Source: Nitrosarchaeum sp.
Lineage (GTDB): Archaea; Thermoproteota; Nitrososphaeria; Nitrososphaerales; Nitrosopumilaceae
NCBI GenBank assembly: GCA_965223865.1
Contig: OZ245020.1
Coordinates: 1,824,001-1,888,000 of the forward strand
Length of the DNA stretch: 64,000 nucleotides
Direction of reading: 5' to 3'
Within the stretch, counting starts at the first letter, position 1; each line of letters opens with the position of its first letter. Under the pieces are notes generated by a model. That model was not told the origin of the DNA. It was given only the letters and a program-made list of their open reading frames with translations, and did no database searches. Of the stretch, positions 21,440-31,151 are shown piece after piece. Position numbers and translations under genes: made by a program.

Positions 21440-23059
21440 CTACTGTACGTAGAATCCTGGACCCCAATCATCTGTGCTTAGTAGGTCCATACTACTTGAT
21501 GTGTTTGCTTTTTCGTATGAATTAAACATTGCATCATAGACTGGACTATATGGATGATATCCTTGGCATTCAAGATGAAATTCATTTGTCAAGGCAAATC
21601 CTTTAAAGAAACTCTCATCTTTGTCATGCTGGGTTTTTATGACATAGTCAACACTTCTGCAATTTGAATAGTTGAATTCTCGTATAGAATCTTCTCCGTA
21701 TACCAGTTGAACATCTACATCAAACAAGTCAGAAAGTGCATTTACTCCACTCACTTTTTGTCCAAGCTTTTGTGCATCATCAACATGCTTGTACAGTAAT
21801 GGATATTCCCCTGGAACTGCTACAAATTCAATAGTTGGGTAAGACCTATCCAACAAATTTCCTTGTTCAAATATTGGAAAATTAATTGTTTCTTGTCCAT
21901 CACTGAAAGTCAAAGTAGCTACAGCATGAGGACCTTGTCCCATATTGTATGAATTTACCATGTATTCATTTGATACTTTGGTAGTAGACCAAACAGGTGC
22001 ATTTCCTTTAACTTTATCATAGGTTGGATTAAGAGGAGTCATTCCAGCACATGTAAAGTCAACTTTTTCGATTAATGCAAAGCCACGTTTACCAGTGTAT
22101 CCTTCTTCCTTATCTTGATAGGTATCAATGAAAAAGGAAGATACTCTACAATCTGTAAAATCAAGGCCCCGTACCACTTTACCATTATTGGTAAATTCGA
22201 CAAGTGCCTCAAAATCAGTGTTAAAGGTACTTGACAATCCCTTGGTATTTCGTGCCTGGTTTATTGCATTATCCAATAGTGGATGGTTTATCACAGTTCC
22301 TTCTACATGAAAACTAGGACCAGAATCATCTTCTTCTTCAAAACCAGTCGTTAACTCAAAAATTGGAAACTCTATTTTTTCAGTTCCTTCATCAAATTTG
22401 AAAGTTACAAAGGTTCTTGCATCACTGGCAAATTTGAATGGAGTTTGACCATAGTCATATACTATCTGGTTTGTAGTGGAGCGTGGCTCTGATGGAATTT
22501 CATCATTTGACATTACACCACCGCATCTAAAGTCGATGTCATCTACAATTGCAAATCCTACTTTCTCATAGAATCCCCAGCTTTCATAATCATCTTTCAT
22601 TGTCTTAATTTTGTAGTCCAGAACTTCACAGTTGTAATAGTTTACATTACGTATGATTTCAGTATCATTTGAAATAACTACATTTACGTCAAAAAATCTG
22701 TAATCATATTCTAAACTACTTGATCCAGTAGACACCATTAATCTATACTTAAAAGATTCATCTAATGCCTTATGCAAATGAGGAGCCTCTTTTACTACAC
22801 CTTGAACATTAAATGTTGTTCCAACATTTGAAACAAGATCAGAGGTCATCTTAAAGACTGGAAACTCATGTGTTTCAACACCGTCTCTGAATGTGAATGT
22901 CAAAGTTGCACTAACATCATCAGCCATTTTGTATCCGGAATTTTCTTCTGCAAATGCGGAAGGAGCATTCAACAAAATAACAGACATTACTGCAAACAAA
23001 CTTAGAGTAGTCGTTATGGTTGTGTTTTTTGTAATCATTGATCTGTTCAACTGTTTCAT
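21440..23059 (-). CDS. Secreted protein with three ~150-aa internal repeats
   Basis: Signal peptide ending AFA; three copies of TFxFxDGxExxxFPxF...PLL...RxxxYxNCxVxDY...GFA...FxCxG. Confidence 0.85.
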   Translation of the reverse strand: MKQLNRSMITKNTTITTTLSLFAVMSVILLNAPSAFAEENSGYKMADDVSATLTFTFRDGVETHEFPVFKMTSDLVSNVGTTFNVQGVVKEAPHLHKALDESFKYRLMVSTGSSSLEYDYRFFDVNVVISNDTEIIRNVNYYNCEVLDYKIKTMKDDYESWGFYEKVGFAIVDDIDFRCGGVMSNDEIPSEPRSTTNQIVYDYGQTPFKFASDARTFVTFKFDEGTEKIEFPIFELTTGFEEEDDSGPSFHVEGTVINHPLLDNAINQARNTKGLSSTFNTDFEALVEFTNNGKVVRGLDFTDCRVSSFFIDTYQDKEEGYTGKRGFALIEKVDFTCAGMTPLNPTYDKVKGNAPVWSTTKVSNEYMVNSYNMGQGPHAVATLTFSDGQETINFPIFEQGNLLDRSYPTIEFVAVPGEYPLLYKHVDDAQKLGQKVSGVNALSDLFDVDVQLVYGEDSIREFNYSNCRSVDYVIKTQHDKDESFFKGFALTNEFHLECQGYHPYSPVYDAMFNSYEKANTSSSMDLLSTDDWGPGFYVQ

Positions 23060-23120
23060 TACTATAAGATAGATCTTTATTCTCTCCGGATAGAATATGT
23101 TGGTAGATAGTTCTCGTAAG

Positions 23121-23130
23121 GCTATATAGA
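23121..23130. promoter_or_regulatory. GCTATATAGA site upstream of the triple-repeat gene
   Basis: Core CTATATAG palindrome about 62 bp upstream of the start. Confidence 0.5.
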
Positions 23131-23329
23131 AAAAATTGTTATTTTAAAAATCTAAAATAAAAATTTAGAAAAGATCATTATGAGAATAAATCTAATCTAT
23201 ATCCAACACATAGATCTGCATCACTAAAAGCAATGGAAGAACTATCATTGTAAGAGTTTAACAATTGCAAAGATAGAAAATAATTCAAATATTGAAATAA
23301 ATTATTCGGAAAAAATAAAAAGAAAAAAA

Positions 23330-24583
23330 TTAGACTTGGAGAATACCCTGTGAAATAAGATACTGCAATCCGTTGATATAGTCTTGATCAGTTATCAATC
23401 CTTCTGCCCACCATCCTGCATTATCTCGAATCCATTGAGGGATTTCATATTCTGCTGTTTCTACAGCTCCTGAATATTCCCAAAGAACTTCACCATCATA
23501 GGTTACCTTTGACAAGCCTTGTTTTCCAAGTTCTACCACATTATCTGCAAGTGGAACATAAAGTAAACTTGGAGAGAATTCCTGACCATCAGTAATCATC
23601 CAATAAATTATGTGAATTACTGCTTTGGCTTGTTCTTTGTCTTTTGTTACTGATTTTAAGTCATCATACACAAGAAGGTACGTAAAACTAGCGATTGGAT
23701 ATGAATCTGAGCCTGGAGCATTTACAAGAGACACAGAAACCCAGCTTTCTTCTGCTTTAGGAAGGTTATCTCCAACTCCGCTTGAGGCAGCTGAAATGCT
23801 TTCCAAAGTAGGTTCAATGAATGCAGTTCCATCACCGTTTTGAACGTAGGCATAACTCATGCCAGTTTGAAATGCATATGCCAATTCAATATAGCCAATG
23901 GAGTATTCTGTGGATTTTACAATTCCTGCAACACCTTCATTTCCTGCAGCAGCTAATCCCAAAGGCCAAGGAACAGATTTTCCTTTGCCTATCTTTTCAT
24001 CCCATTCAGGACTAATTGCTACTAAATAATCAGTAAAGACAAAAGTAGTTCCAGAGCCATCAGAACGATGTGCAACAACAATCTCTTTGTCAGGAAGATT
24101 CAATTCTGGATTGTGTGCAGTAATTCTAGAATCGTTCCATTTTGTAATCTTTCCTAAAAAGATATCAGCAATTTCATTTCCTGTTAATTTCAATCCTTTG
24201 TTTGGAACTTCTGGTATATTGTATACAACTACAACACCTCCAATAGATTCAGGGATATGAAGTGTACCAGGTGCTGATTCTCTTTCAGATTCACTCATTG
24301 GTTTATCTGAAGCTGCAAAGTTTACGGTTTTTTCAATGTGTTGTTTTACTCCACCGCCACTTCCAATCGATTGATAGTTTAGGTTGACGTTAGAATATTC
24401 TTTGTTGTATTCCACTCTCCATAAATCAATTAGAGGAAATGGAAATGTTGCACCTGCCCCATTCAAATTAAATTCTGAATTTGGATCTGGAAGATCAGGC
24501 ATTGATTCGGCATTTGCACTAATTGGCGGTAGGATTGCAACAAGAGTTGCGATCATCAGTATTGATGTTATCTTTGTTCTCAT
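23330..24583 (-). CDS. pstS: Phosphate-binding protein PstS with thaumarchaeal C-terminal IPxWIxxNAGWW domain
   Basis: GAGATFPFP, YQSIGSGGG, HRSDGSGTT and YPIASFTY motifs. Confidence 0.96.
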   Translation of the reverse strand: MRTKITSILMIATLVAILPPISANAESMPDLPDPNSEFNLNGAGATFPFPLIDLWRVEYNKEYSNVNLNYQSIGSGGGVKQHIEKTVNFAASDKPMSESERESAPGTLHIPESIGGVVVVYNIPEVPNKGLKLTGNEIADIFLGKITKWNDSRITAHNPELNLPDKEIVVAHRSDGSGTTFVFTDYLVAISPEWDEKIGKGKSVPWPLGLAAAGNEGVAGIVKSTEYSIGYIELAYAFQTGMSYAYVQNGDGTAFIEPTLESISAASSGVGDNLPKAEESWVSVSLVNAPGSDSYPIASFTYLLVYDDLKSVTKDKEQAKAVIHIIYWMITDGQEFSPSLLYVPLADNVVELGKQGLSKVTYDGEVLWEYSGAVETAEYEIPQWIRDNAGWWAEGLITDQDYINGLQYLISQGILQV

Positions 24584-24655
24584 TGAGGAAACATCTTTTA
24601 CAATTTATTTACAAATAACAATCATAGATTACGGAAAAACAGTATCACCCTATTT

Positions 24656-24665
24656 ACTATATAGA
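24656..24665. promoter_or_regulatory. ACTATATAGA site upstream of pstS
   Basis: Core palindrome about 73 bp upstream of the pstS start. Confidence 0.55.
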
Positions 24666-24715
24666 AATCAATTTATCATTTACAACTAATTGTCAGAACA
24701 TTTTTGTAATAACTG

Positions 24716-25501
24716 TCAAAATGGTTTGTTTACCTCACGAGTAAACACATAGCTTGCAAGTCCAACCATTACCAACACAAATATGCATATTATGCCAATG
24801 CTTAGAATTTCAGATATTCCACCCTCAGTTACGCCTGTCATCATACCTCTTACAAGTAAAACAGTATAGGTTACAGGGTTGAGTTTAGCTATTGCTGCAA
24901 GCCAGTCAGGCAATAATTCCAAAGGAAATAATGCAGGACTTAACATGAATAATGGCATTCCAAGAAAATTAATAATTCCCCAAAAAGTTTCCTGAGATTT
25001 TGCAGTAGCAGCTACCATTACAGATATTCCAGAAAAACCAAGAGAAAATAAAATAACGATTGCCATGATTGGTGCAATCATCCAGAGATTTGGAAAAGAG
25101 ACACCTATTGCAAGTGCAATTCCTAAAATCAAGCTTGCTTGAAGTGCAGATATTAGTGAGATTGCAAGCATCTTCCCAAGAGCAATTGATGAGCGGGAAA
25201 TAGGAGAAGTTAGTGCTTTGTTCATAAATCCATAGCGTCTATCCCAAAGAGTATTAACACCTCCAAAAATACTAGTAAAGATTGCAGTTAGAATAATTAC
25301 TCCAGGTGCCATAAACTCTATGTACTGGCCTTCAAATCCAACTGATTGAATTAATGGTTGAGTTCCTGCAAAGGTATTTCCTATTACTATAATCCAAATT
25401 GCAGGTTGTATCAGTCTAATTAAAACACCACTACGAGATTTCTTGTATCTTTTTAGCTCACGCCAAAAAATTGTATATGTATCAGATACCAAAGAACTCA
25501 T
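24716..25501 (-). CDS. ABC-2 type permease
   Basis: FMAPGVI...LPDWLAAIAKLNPVTY. Confidence 0.9.
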   Translation of the reverse strand: MSSLVSDTYTIFWRELKRYKKSRSGVLIRLIQPAIWIIVIGNTFAGTQPLIQSVGFEGQYIEFMAPGVIILTAIFTSIFGGVNTLWDRRYGFMNKALTSPISRSSIALGKMLAISLISALQASLILGIALAIGVSFPNLWMIAPIMAIVILFSLGFSGISVMVAATAKSQETFWGIINFLGMPLFMLSPALFPLELLPDWLAAIAKLNPVTYTVLLVRGMMTGVTEGGISEILSIGIICIFVLVMVGLASYVFTREVNKPF

Positions 25502-26517
25502 GCACGTAACCTCTTTAATTTTGCGTGTTCTCGTTTTCTATTAAATCCAGAGTCATCGTCTCTGATTTCATGTCCAGTGTATGAGATAAAGACATCATCT
25601 AATGTTGGCTGTGTTAAAGAAATAGAATTAATTTTAATATCAAGTTTTGATGAAATTTGAAAAATTTTGGGAATTACTTCTGTTCCTTTTGATGCAAAAA
25701 GGGTGAGTTTGTCATCATCTTCTTTAATATTGTTTATTGTTTCAATAGTGTTTAATTCTGAAAGAAATGATCCTATTGAATCTCTATTATCAGTAGTTAG
25801 TGTAATGACTTCATTTCCCATTGCACTTTTCATGTTTTGAGGAGAATCAATAACCTGAATCTTACCTGAATCTATTATTCCTACTCTATCACAAAGTTGA
25901 TCAGCCTCCTCCATATAGTGAGTTGTAAGGAATATGGTCATCTCAAATTCAGTGTGGATTTTTTTGATATACTGCCAAATTTTACGACGGGTTTGAATAT
26001 CCAAACCCACAGTGGGTTCATCTAGGAACAAAACTTTAGGATGATGAAGTAAACCACCTGCAATGTCAAGACGTTTTCGCATTCCACCTGAATATGTGAC
26101 AACAGGATCGTTTTGTTTATCAGATAATTCTATTAATTCTAAAACCTCGTCAATTCTTTGGTTGATTTGATCCTTAGGTATGTGATTAAGGCGAGCTTGT
26201 AAAAGAAGATTTTCACGACCTGTTAGATATTCATCAACTGTTGTTTCCTGCTGTACATAGCCAATGCTTTGACGAACTTTTTTTGACTGAGTTACAACAT
26301 TGTACCCGTTCACCAAAGCTTGTCCAGATGTTGGTTTAAGAAGAGTTGTGAGAATCATCATGGTTGTACTTTTTCCAGCACCATTTGGTCCCAAAAATCC
26401 AAAGATCTCACCATTCTCTACTGAAAAAGAAACATCATCAACTGCAGTGACAGTTCCAAATAATTTTGAAAGAGATTTTGTTTCTATAGAATACAATATT
26501 TTGATCGCTTTAATCAA
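25498..26517 (-). CDS. ABC transporter ATP-binding protein (DrrA-like)
   Basis: GPNGAGKST, YSGGMRKRL, LDEPTVGLD and TTHYMEEA motifs. Confidence 0.92.
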   Translation of the reverse strand: MIKAIKILYSIETKSLSKLFGTVTAVDDVSFSVENGEIFGFLGPNGAGKSTTMMILTTLLKPTSGQALVNGYNVVTQSKKVRQSIGYVQQETTVDEYLTGRENLLLQARLNHIPKDQINQRIDEVLELIELSDKQNDPVVTYSGGMRKRLDIAGGLLHHPKVLFLDEPTVGLDIQTRRKIWQYIKKIHTEFEMTIFLTTHYMEEADQLCDRVGIIDSGKIQVIDSPQNMKSAMGNEVITLTTDNRDSIGSFLSELNTIETINNIKEDDDKLTLFASKGTEVIPKIFQISSKLDIKINSISLTQPTLDDVFISYTGHEIRDDDSGFNRKREHAKLKRLRA

Positions 26518-26588
26518 TTATAAATTGCTAAGCGTTTTGCATAATCTATTCTCATAAAAAATTTAAAGACCAAACATAGAATGCAAAC

Positions 26589-26684
26589 ATGAAAGGGCTT
26601 TGTCAAAAGTGTCATTCATCAAATGTAGAAATTACAATTCAAGAAGGATTTCCAATATGTGAACAATGTAATAAAAAAAATTAA
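26589..26684 (+). CDS. 31-aa Zn-ribbon microprotein
   Basis: Manual translation MKGLCQKCHSSNVEITIQEGFPICEQCNKKN; two paralogs at 43441-43665. Confidence 0.65.
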   Translation: MKGLCQKCHSSNVEITIQEGFPICEQCNKKN

Positions 26685-26695
26685 TTTTTATAAAA

Positions 26696-27148
26696 TTATT
26701 CTAGTTTTTTGAATTCTTCTTTTGTAATGCCAAGAATTACTTTTTCTCCAATTCCCCAAATCTCCGATTTTGAGAGAATTTTTGAATGCATTAATCCATC
26801 ATTGATTTCGATTGATTCAAGTTCATTTGTGCGAGGATTTCTGTGAAGTCGTTTTATTTTGCCAATTTTATTACGATCAATATCGACTACTGGAATTCCA
26901 GTTCTAACAGGAGGTCTGCTGAGCAATAGAGTCTTTTCTGTGAATCTATCAATATAATCATCTGATAAGAAATAGTCTTTTTTGAATCCCTGATGGACTG
27001 TAACTCCTGAAACAAGAAGCGTATTCTGATTAATGTGAATATGTTTTACCTTACCATATTCAATTCCTTCTCTATCAATGACCTTTTTTCCAGTAAAGGT
27101 ATCTGCAGTGGCAATGTTTGAAGGCATACCTTCTAATTTTACTGACAT
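26696..27148 (-). CDS. Tandem PRC-barrel protein
   Basis: GKKVIDREGIEYGKV and GIPVVDIDRNKIGKI repeats. Confidence 0.8.
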   Translation of the reverse strand: MSVKLEGMPSNIATADTFTGKKVIDREGIEYGKVKHIHINQNTLLVSGVTVHQGFKKDYFLSDDYIDRFTEKTLLLSRPPVRTGIPVVDIDRNKIGKIKRLHRNPRTNELESIEINDGLMHSKILSKSEIWGIGEKVILGITKEEFKKLE

Positions 27149-27236
27149 GGCACCTAATGGACAGATTTACTTATCATACCAGATATCAGAAATTTCTATC
27201 AATGAGGTTAAATTACTTGACAGAAGGTAGATTTCC

Positions 27237-27563
27237 ATGGGAATTGAGAAGAATCTTTTTCGTGCCCTACTTACTACAAAAGGTAGAAAAACAGGCAAGC
27301 ATCACTCTGTCATGCTTCGAGCAGTAAAATATAATGATAAAATCTATTTTTCAAGGCATAGACCTGATGGCGACTGGTTCAGAAATGCAATTGCAAATTC
27401 AGATGTGAAAATAGAATACCAAGGTGAAACATATTTGGGAAGGGCAAATCTAGTTACGGATGAAAATTTAGAGAAGAAAATTTCCCAATTAAAATATCCA
27501 GGTGAAAAAAGAGCCGATGAAAAACGAGTTGCAATAGAAATTACACTATATGAACAACAGTAG
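27237..27563 (+). CDS. Deazaflavin(F420)-dependent nitroreductase-like split-barrel protein
   Basis: LLTTKGRKTGK...DWFRNAIANSDV motif. Confidence 0.75.
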   Translation: MGIEKNLFRALLTTKGRKTGKHHSVMLRAVKYNDKIYFSRHRPDGDWFRNAIANSDVKIEYQGETYLGRANLVTDENLEKKISQLKYPGEKRADEKRVAIEITLYEQQ

Positions 27564-28185
27564 TCAGACCCCTACGATCATACTCTATATCATTTTCAGT
27601 TTCAATCACAGTAACGGTAAATGAAATAACATCTCTTTGTTTTGCTTTTTCTGCATGAAGTTTTAGATGAAGGTCCATCAAATCAAATTGTTCTGTGGGA
27701 AGATTGGTCTCATCAAGATATGCACCACATGTTGACTCTATTCGAAATCTATCATCTTTAAAATGAAATCCAAGTTTTGTTTTTCTATTTTCTCTACCAT
27801 TTGCCTTTACATTAACATCTATTATTCCAGATTTTGCCTTGGTATAGCTTGATGTTCCATTGATAAAAACTCCAATTGGAAATGGCTTTCCAGCAGTTGA
27901 TTCAGCCATTTTTTGGATTCCATCATTCATTACAACATCAACTGCTTTGATTGATTGAGGAACTTTGGCAATCCATTCATTTGTTCTTTTGATGGTTGCA
28001 TGAATTCCAGCTCGTCTTTTTTTATCCTCATCCTCAGGTAGCTTGTAGTAATCAACCCATGCTTCATAATCATGTGAAATATCTTCGATAAAATCCATAC
28101 ATGTTCTTTTGTAATCATTAACATTATCAGTTCTCTCAGATGCATCATCTGTTCTGAGACCATCATAATCCATCGGAAGTGCCAA
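27541..28185 (-). CDS. Hypothetical protein
   Basis: 214-aa ORF with normal composition. Confidence 0.7.
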   Translation of the reverse strand: MALPMDYDGLRTDDASERTDNVNDYKRTCMDFIEDISHDYEAWVDYYKLPEDEDKKRRAGIHATIKRTNEWIAKVPQSIKAVDVVMNDGIQKMAESTAGKPFPIGVFINGTSSYTKAKSGIIDVNVKANGRENRKTKLGFHFKDDRFRIESTCGAYLDETNLPTEQFDLMDLHLKLHAEKAKQRDVISFTVTVIETENDIEYDRRGLTTVVHIV

Positions 28186-28269
28186 TAGAAAGGGTCAGTT
28201 TTTACATCTAAAAAACCAATCTTGTTCAAAAATTAATGAATATAATGGGAAGTTTAGAGAGACCATAGT

Positions 28270-28746
28270 ATGATATTTTCCGAACTAATACAAGATTTAC
28301 AAAAAGAGCTCAAAGTAAACTTGGCTCAGATCAGATTTTTGCTTAAGAAAAATCCAGGAATGGGTTATACAAGAATTGTTGAAATTGGAAAAGAAGTCGG
28401 GAAAAAGTACAACATCAAACTTGTTGTCAATTTTCCTAAGGAAGGAAGAATTGAAGAATTTGAAATGTATGGAAAACGAGATCTAAGCTTGATTATTGAT
28501 TATGAGAGAAAAAGATTTCCAATGGATAGAACCATCATAAAAGAAAAAGCAAATGAAATTCTAGGAGATATACAAACGGAGGATGCATACATGTATGAAA
28601 ATAAAGAAGGAGTCAGGGTATTTTCAAAAGGCTGGAAGATAGATATTTTGCCTCATTCTTTGCACATATGGACCGAATTTGACGAGAAAGTCACTAGGTT
28701 TTGTGATTGGTTATTAGATGAAGTTTATTTGGTAAAACACAAATAA
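28270..28746 (+). CDS. Hypothetical protein
   Basis: 158-aa ORF. Confidence 0.75.
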   Translation: MIFSELIQDLQKELKVNLAQIRFLLKKNPGMGYTRIVEIGKEVGKKYNIKLVVNFPKEGRIEEFEMYGKRDLSLIIDYERKRFPMDRTIIKEKANEILGDIQTEDAYMYENKEGVRVFSKGWKIDILPHSLHIWTEFDEKVTRFCDWLLDEVYLVKHK

Positions 28747-28751
28747 AAAAC

Positions 28752-29111
28752 TTAGATATTTTCTAATTTTTCAAGCAATCCCTCTGCCTCATGGTTATCT
28801 GGCTGTAATTTTAGAATTTTTTTACAACATTCAATTGCCTCATCTTTTTGTTGCAATGCAAGATGTGCGTTTGTTTTTAGTGTGAGGGTTTCAACATCAT
28901 CAGGGTTGAGATTATGCGCTTTATCAAAATAAGGAATTGCTTTTTTACTATCCTCTAAGATGTAGTAAGTGCTCCCCATAATAAACATAAAATCAGAGTC
29001 TTCAGAAAATTGTGATTCAAGACTTTTTCCAAACTCAAGTGCTTCAATATATTCACCATCTTTGATGAGTTTTTTGAGTTTTCTTTTTGGATAGCTAAAC
29101 AGACCAACCAT
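28752..29111 (-). CDS. TPR protein
   Basis: AIPYFDKAHNLNPDD / AIECCKKILKLQPDN. Confidence 0.8.
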   Translation of the reverse strand: MVGLFSYPKRKLKKLIKDGEYIEALEFGKSLESQFSEDSDFMFIMGSTYYILEDSKKAIPYFDKAHNLNPDDVETLTLKTNAHLALQQKDEAIECCKKILKLQPDNHEAEGLLEKLENI

Positions 29112-29172
29112 TACAAATCAACTGAATCATTACTAAATTTTAACAATTTGAATGTAACAATAATTCAAATTA

Positions 29173-30681
29173 CTATGAGGGAATTGTCATGATTCCCTCT
29201 TTGATCAAGAATTGTATTCCCTGAACAAAAGAGTTATCATCAATGTCACCATTTGCCCACCAGCCTGCGTTGTTCTTAATCCATGCAGGAATTTCATTAG
29301 AACCAGTACCTTCACCTTGAGCAGTTGGAGGAATTTCCATGATTCCCTCTTTGATCAAGAATTGTATTCCCTGAACAAAAGAGTTATCATCAATGTCACC
29401 ATTTGCCCACCAGCCTGCGTTGTTCTTAATCCATGTAGGGATATTGCTTATTGGTTCTGGAATTTCTTCCGGAGTAGGTTCTGGTGAAACACCTCCTGGA
29501 CCTGGAGATATGGGAACTTCGATTAGTAAATAATCATCTGGTGTTGATGGAACAATTCCCTGTGGTGCTAGACCATATACCCAAACAACATACTTGGCAA
29601 TACCAGGTTCAGATTCCACTGTAAAATCAAGCAAGGATTGCCCTGATGGAGAGTAGATAAATGGTCTTCCTTCATCTTGTGCAAGAGATCTTAATGGTGT
29701 TAAGTTGTCATCTACACGAAAGAAATCATACTGAACTTGATTTAAAAATTCAGTATCATCAAATTTGCTGATAAATTTGATTAGCCAATTCATTTCACAG
29801 CCTTGAGTTGGATTTTCAGGACCGTAAAATGCGTGAATTTGATAGCTAAAGTTTTTTGTTGGTTTTTTTATGCTAACTGTTTTCTCAAAATCTGTTTGAC
29901 AACCCATTGCGGCTGCAGTGTCTGCAGTAGAAACAATTCCTTCAAATGGATTCTGCTGAACATTTTCTCGATATTCTAATAATTCAAATTGATATTCAGG
30001 AGGAGGAATTCCTTCAGAAACATGTGTAAAAGTTGATGCCTTGATAGGAAAAGGAAAGTCATCAACAATCCAAATACTACTTGATTGTCCACCAGTATGC
30101 CATCCAACTATAACTGTATCCCAAGTTCCAGATTCAACTGTGATTGTTTCAAGATCAAGAGGAGCTACTTGCTCGCCACCAATGTTTCCAATCTTACCCC
30201 AAGATTGAGCAGTAAATTCCTTTGGTCCTTTTCCACCAGAACTATCATCAGCGGTTGCAAAAGCTGAAAGCCATGCAACTGAAGATTTGAATGCACCTCT
30301 GTAAAGGCCGAGTTCCTCACTTCCTCCTGTGGGTTCTGGTGCAACTTTACCTAATTCTAATTCTCCAACAACTACTTTGTTACCATCATAAACAACAACT
30401 TCTGCAAGCCATTTTGATTCACTACCTACCTGTTTATCTCCTTTAATCCACAAATCTAATTCAAAATTAGCACATTCCTTATAGTCAACATGACACATTG
30501 AATAACTAAAATAATCTCCTTGTTTGAGACCTTCACCAGCATACCAAGATCCTTCTTTGTCTACCCCTCCAGAGGGGATTTGTGCAGATGCTAATGGTAT
30601 TGAAAATGATCCTAGGACCAAAATTGCAATTAATGATATGGCCATAAATGCTGCCTTCAAATCAACGAAAATTAACGCCAC
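29173..30681 (-). CDS. Secreted protein with two C-terminal IPxWIKNNAGWW domains
   Basis: Signal peptide, Pro-rich linker, duplicated C-terminal thaumarchaeal domain. Confidence 0.88.
   Translation of the reverse strand: MALIFVDLKAAFMAISLIAILVLGSFSIPLASAQIPSGGVDKEGSWYAGEGLKQGDYFSYSMCHVDYKECANFELDLWIKGDKQVGSESKWLAEVVVYDGNKVVVGELELGKVAPEPTGGSEELGLYRGAFKSSVAWLSAFATADDSSGGKGPKEFTAQSWGKIGNIGGEQVAPLDLETITVESGTWDTVIVGWHTGGQSSSIWIVDDFPFPIKASTFTHVSEGIPPPEYQFELLEYRENVQQNPFEGIVSTADTAAAMGCQTDFEKTVSIKKPTKNFSYQIHAFYGPENPTQGCEMNWLIKFISKFDDTEFLNQVQYDFFRVDDNLTPLRSLAQDEGRPFIYSPSGQSLLDFTVESEPGIAKYVVWVYGLAPQGIVPSTPDDYLLIEVPISPGPGGVSPEPTPEEIPEPISNIPTWIKNNAGWWANGDIDDNSFVQGIQFLIKEGIMEIPPTAQGEGTGSNEIPAWIKNNAGWWANGDIDDNSFVQGIQFLIKEGIMTIPS
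29188..29435. repeat. Exact direct repeat of about 97 bp with 150-bp period
   Basis: catgattccctctttgatcaaga...ttcttaatccatg at about 29188-29285 and 29338-29435. Confidence 0.9.
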
Positions 30682-30740
30682 GGATAGTTAAAGGTTATTC
30701 AAATAAGCAAATATAGAGGAAAATTACAGAATTTTCAGAC

Positions 30741-30911
30741 ATGTGTGAATGTTCTAAAGTTCATCTTTTTGAAGTTGAATTCAAACTTGATGGTATGACA
30801 GTAGTTCCTACGCACAAGAATTGTGGTTTTGCTCTTGATGAAAAACAGGCCGATAAATTCCAAAAAGAATTGGTAAAATCATGGGGCATAGAAGAAGAGG
30901 AAGAAGAATAA
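30741..30911 (+). CDS. Small hypothetical protein (56 aa)
   Basis: Manual translation MCECSKVHLFEVEFKLDGMTVVPTHKNCGFALDEKQADKFQKELVKSWGIEEEEEE. Confidence 0.75.
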   Translation: MCECSKVHLFEVEFKLDGMTVVPTHKNCGFALDEKQADKFQKELVKSWGIEEEEEE

Positions 30912-30951
30912 TTTTTAAAAATAAAAAATAAGATTGTAATAAACTATCGAA

Positions 30952-31095
30952 TCACATTTGTCCGACAGCTTCTTTACAAACATCGGTTGTACATTTGCAA
31001 TCTGCACTGCATATACAATGACCTTGCATTGCACAATCGCATGAGTAATCAGGATCGCCGCTATCTGCTTCGCATCCACATGCTTGATCTGCCAT
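30952..31095 (-). CDS. Metallothionein-like Cys-rich microprotein (47 aa)
   Basis: Manual translation MADQACGCEADSGDPDYSCDCAMQGHCICSADCKCTTDVCKEAVGQM; four CxC motifs; GGAG RBS-like sequence upstream. Confidence 0.75.
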   Translation of the reverse strand: MADQACGCEADSGDPDYSCDCAMQGHCICSADCKCTTDVCKEAVGQM

Positions 31096-31151
31096 GTTAA
31101 GTCAGTATTCCTCCTTGTTTTAAAAGGTTAGTATAAAAAACTAGACTTACT

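Noticed and set aside
21440-23059. Functional T6SS or contractile injection system
   Set aside because: No sheath, VgrG, baseplate or PAAR genes nearby, and the protein has a Sec-type signal peptide.
29188-29435. CRISPR array
   Set aside because: Only two long in-frame coding repeats; no repeat-spacer array or cas genes seen in the window.
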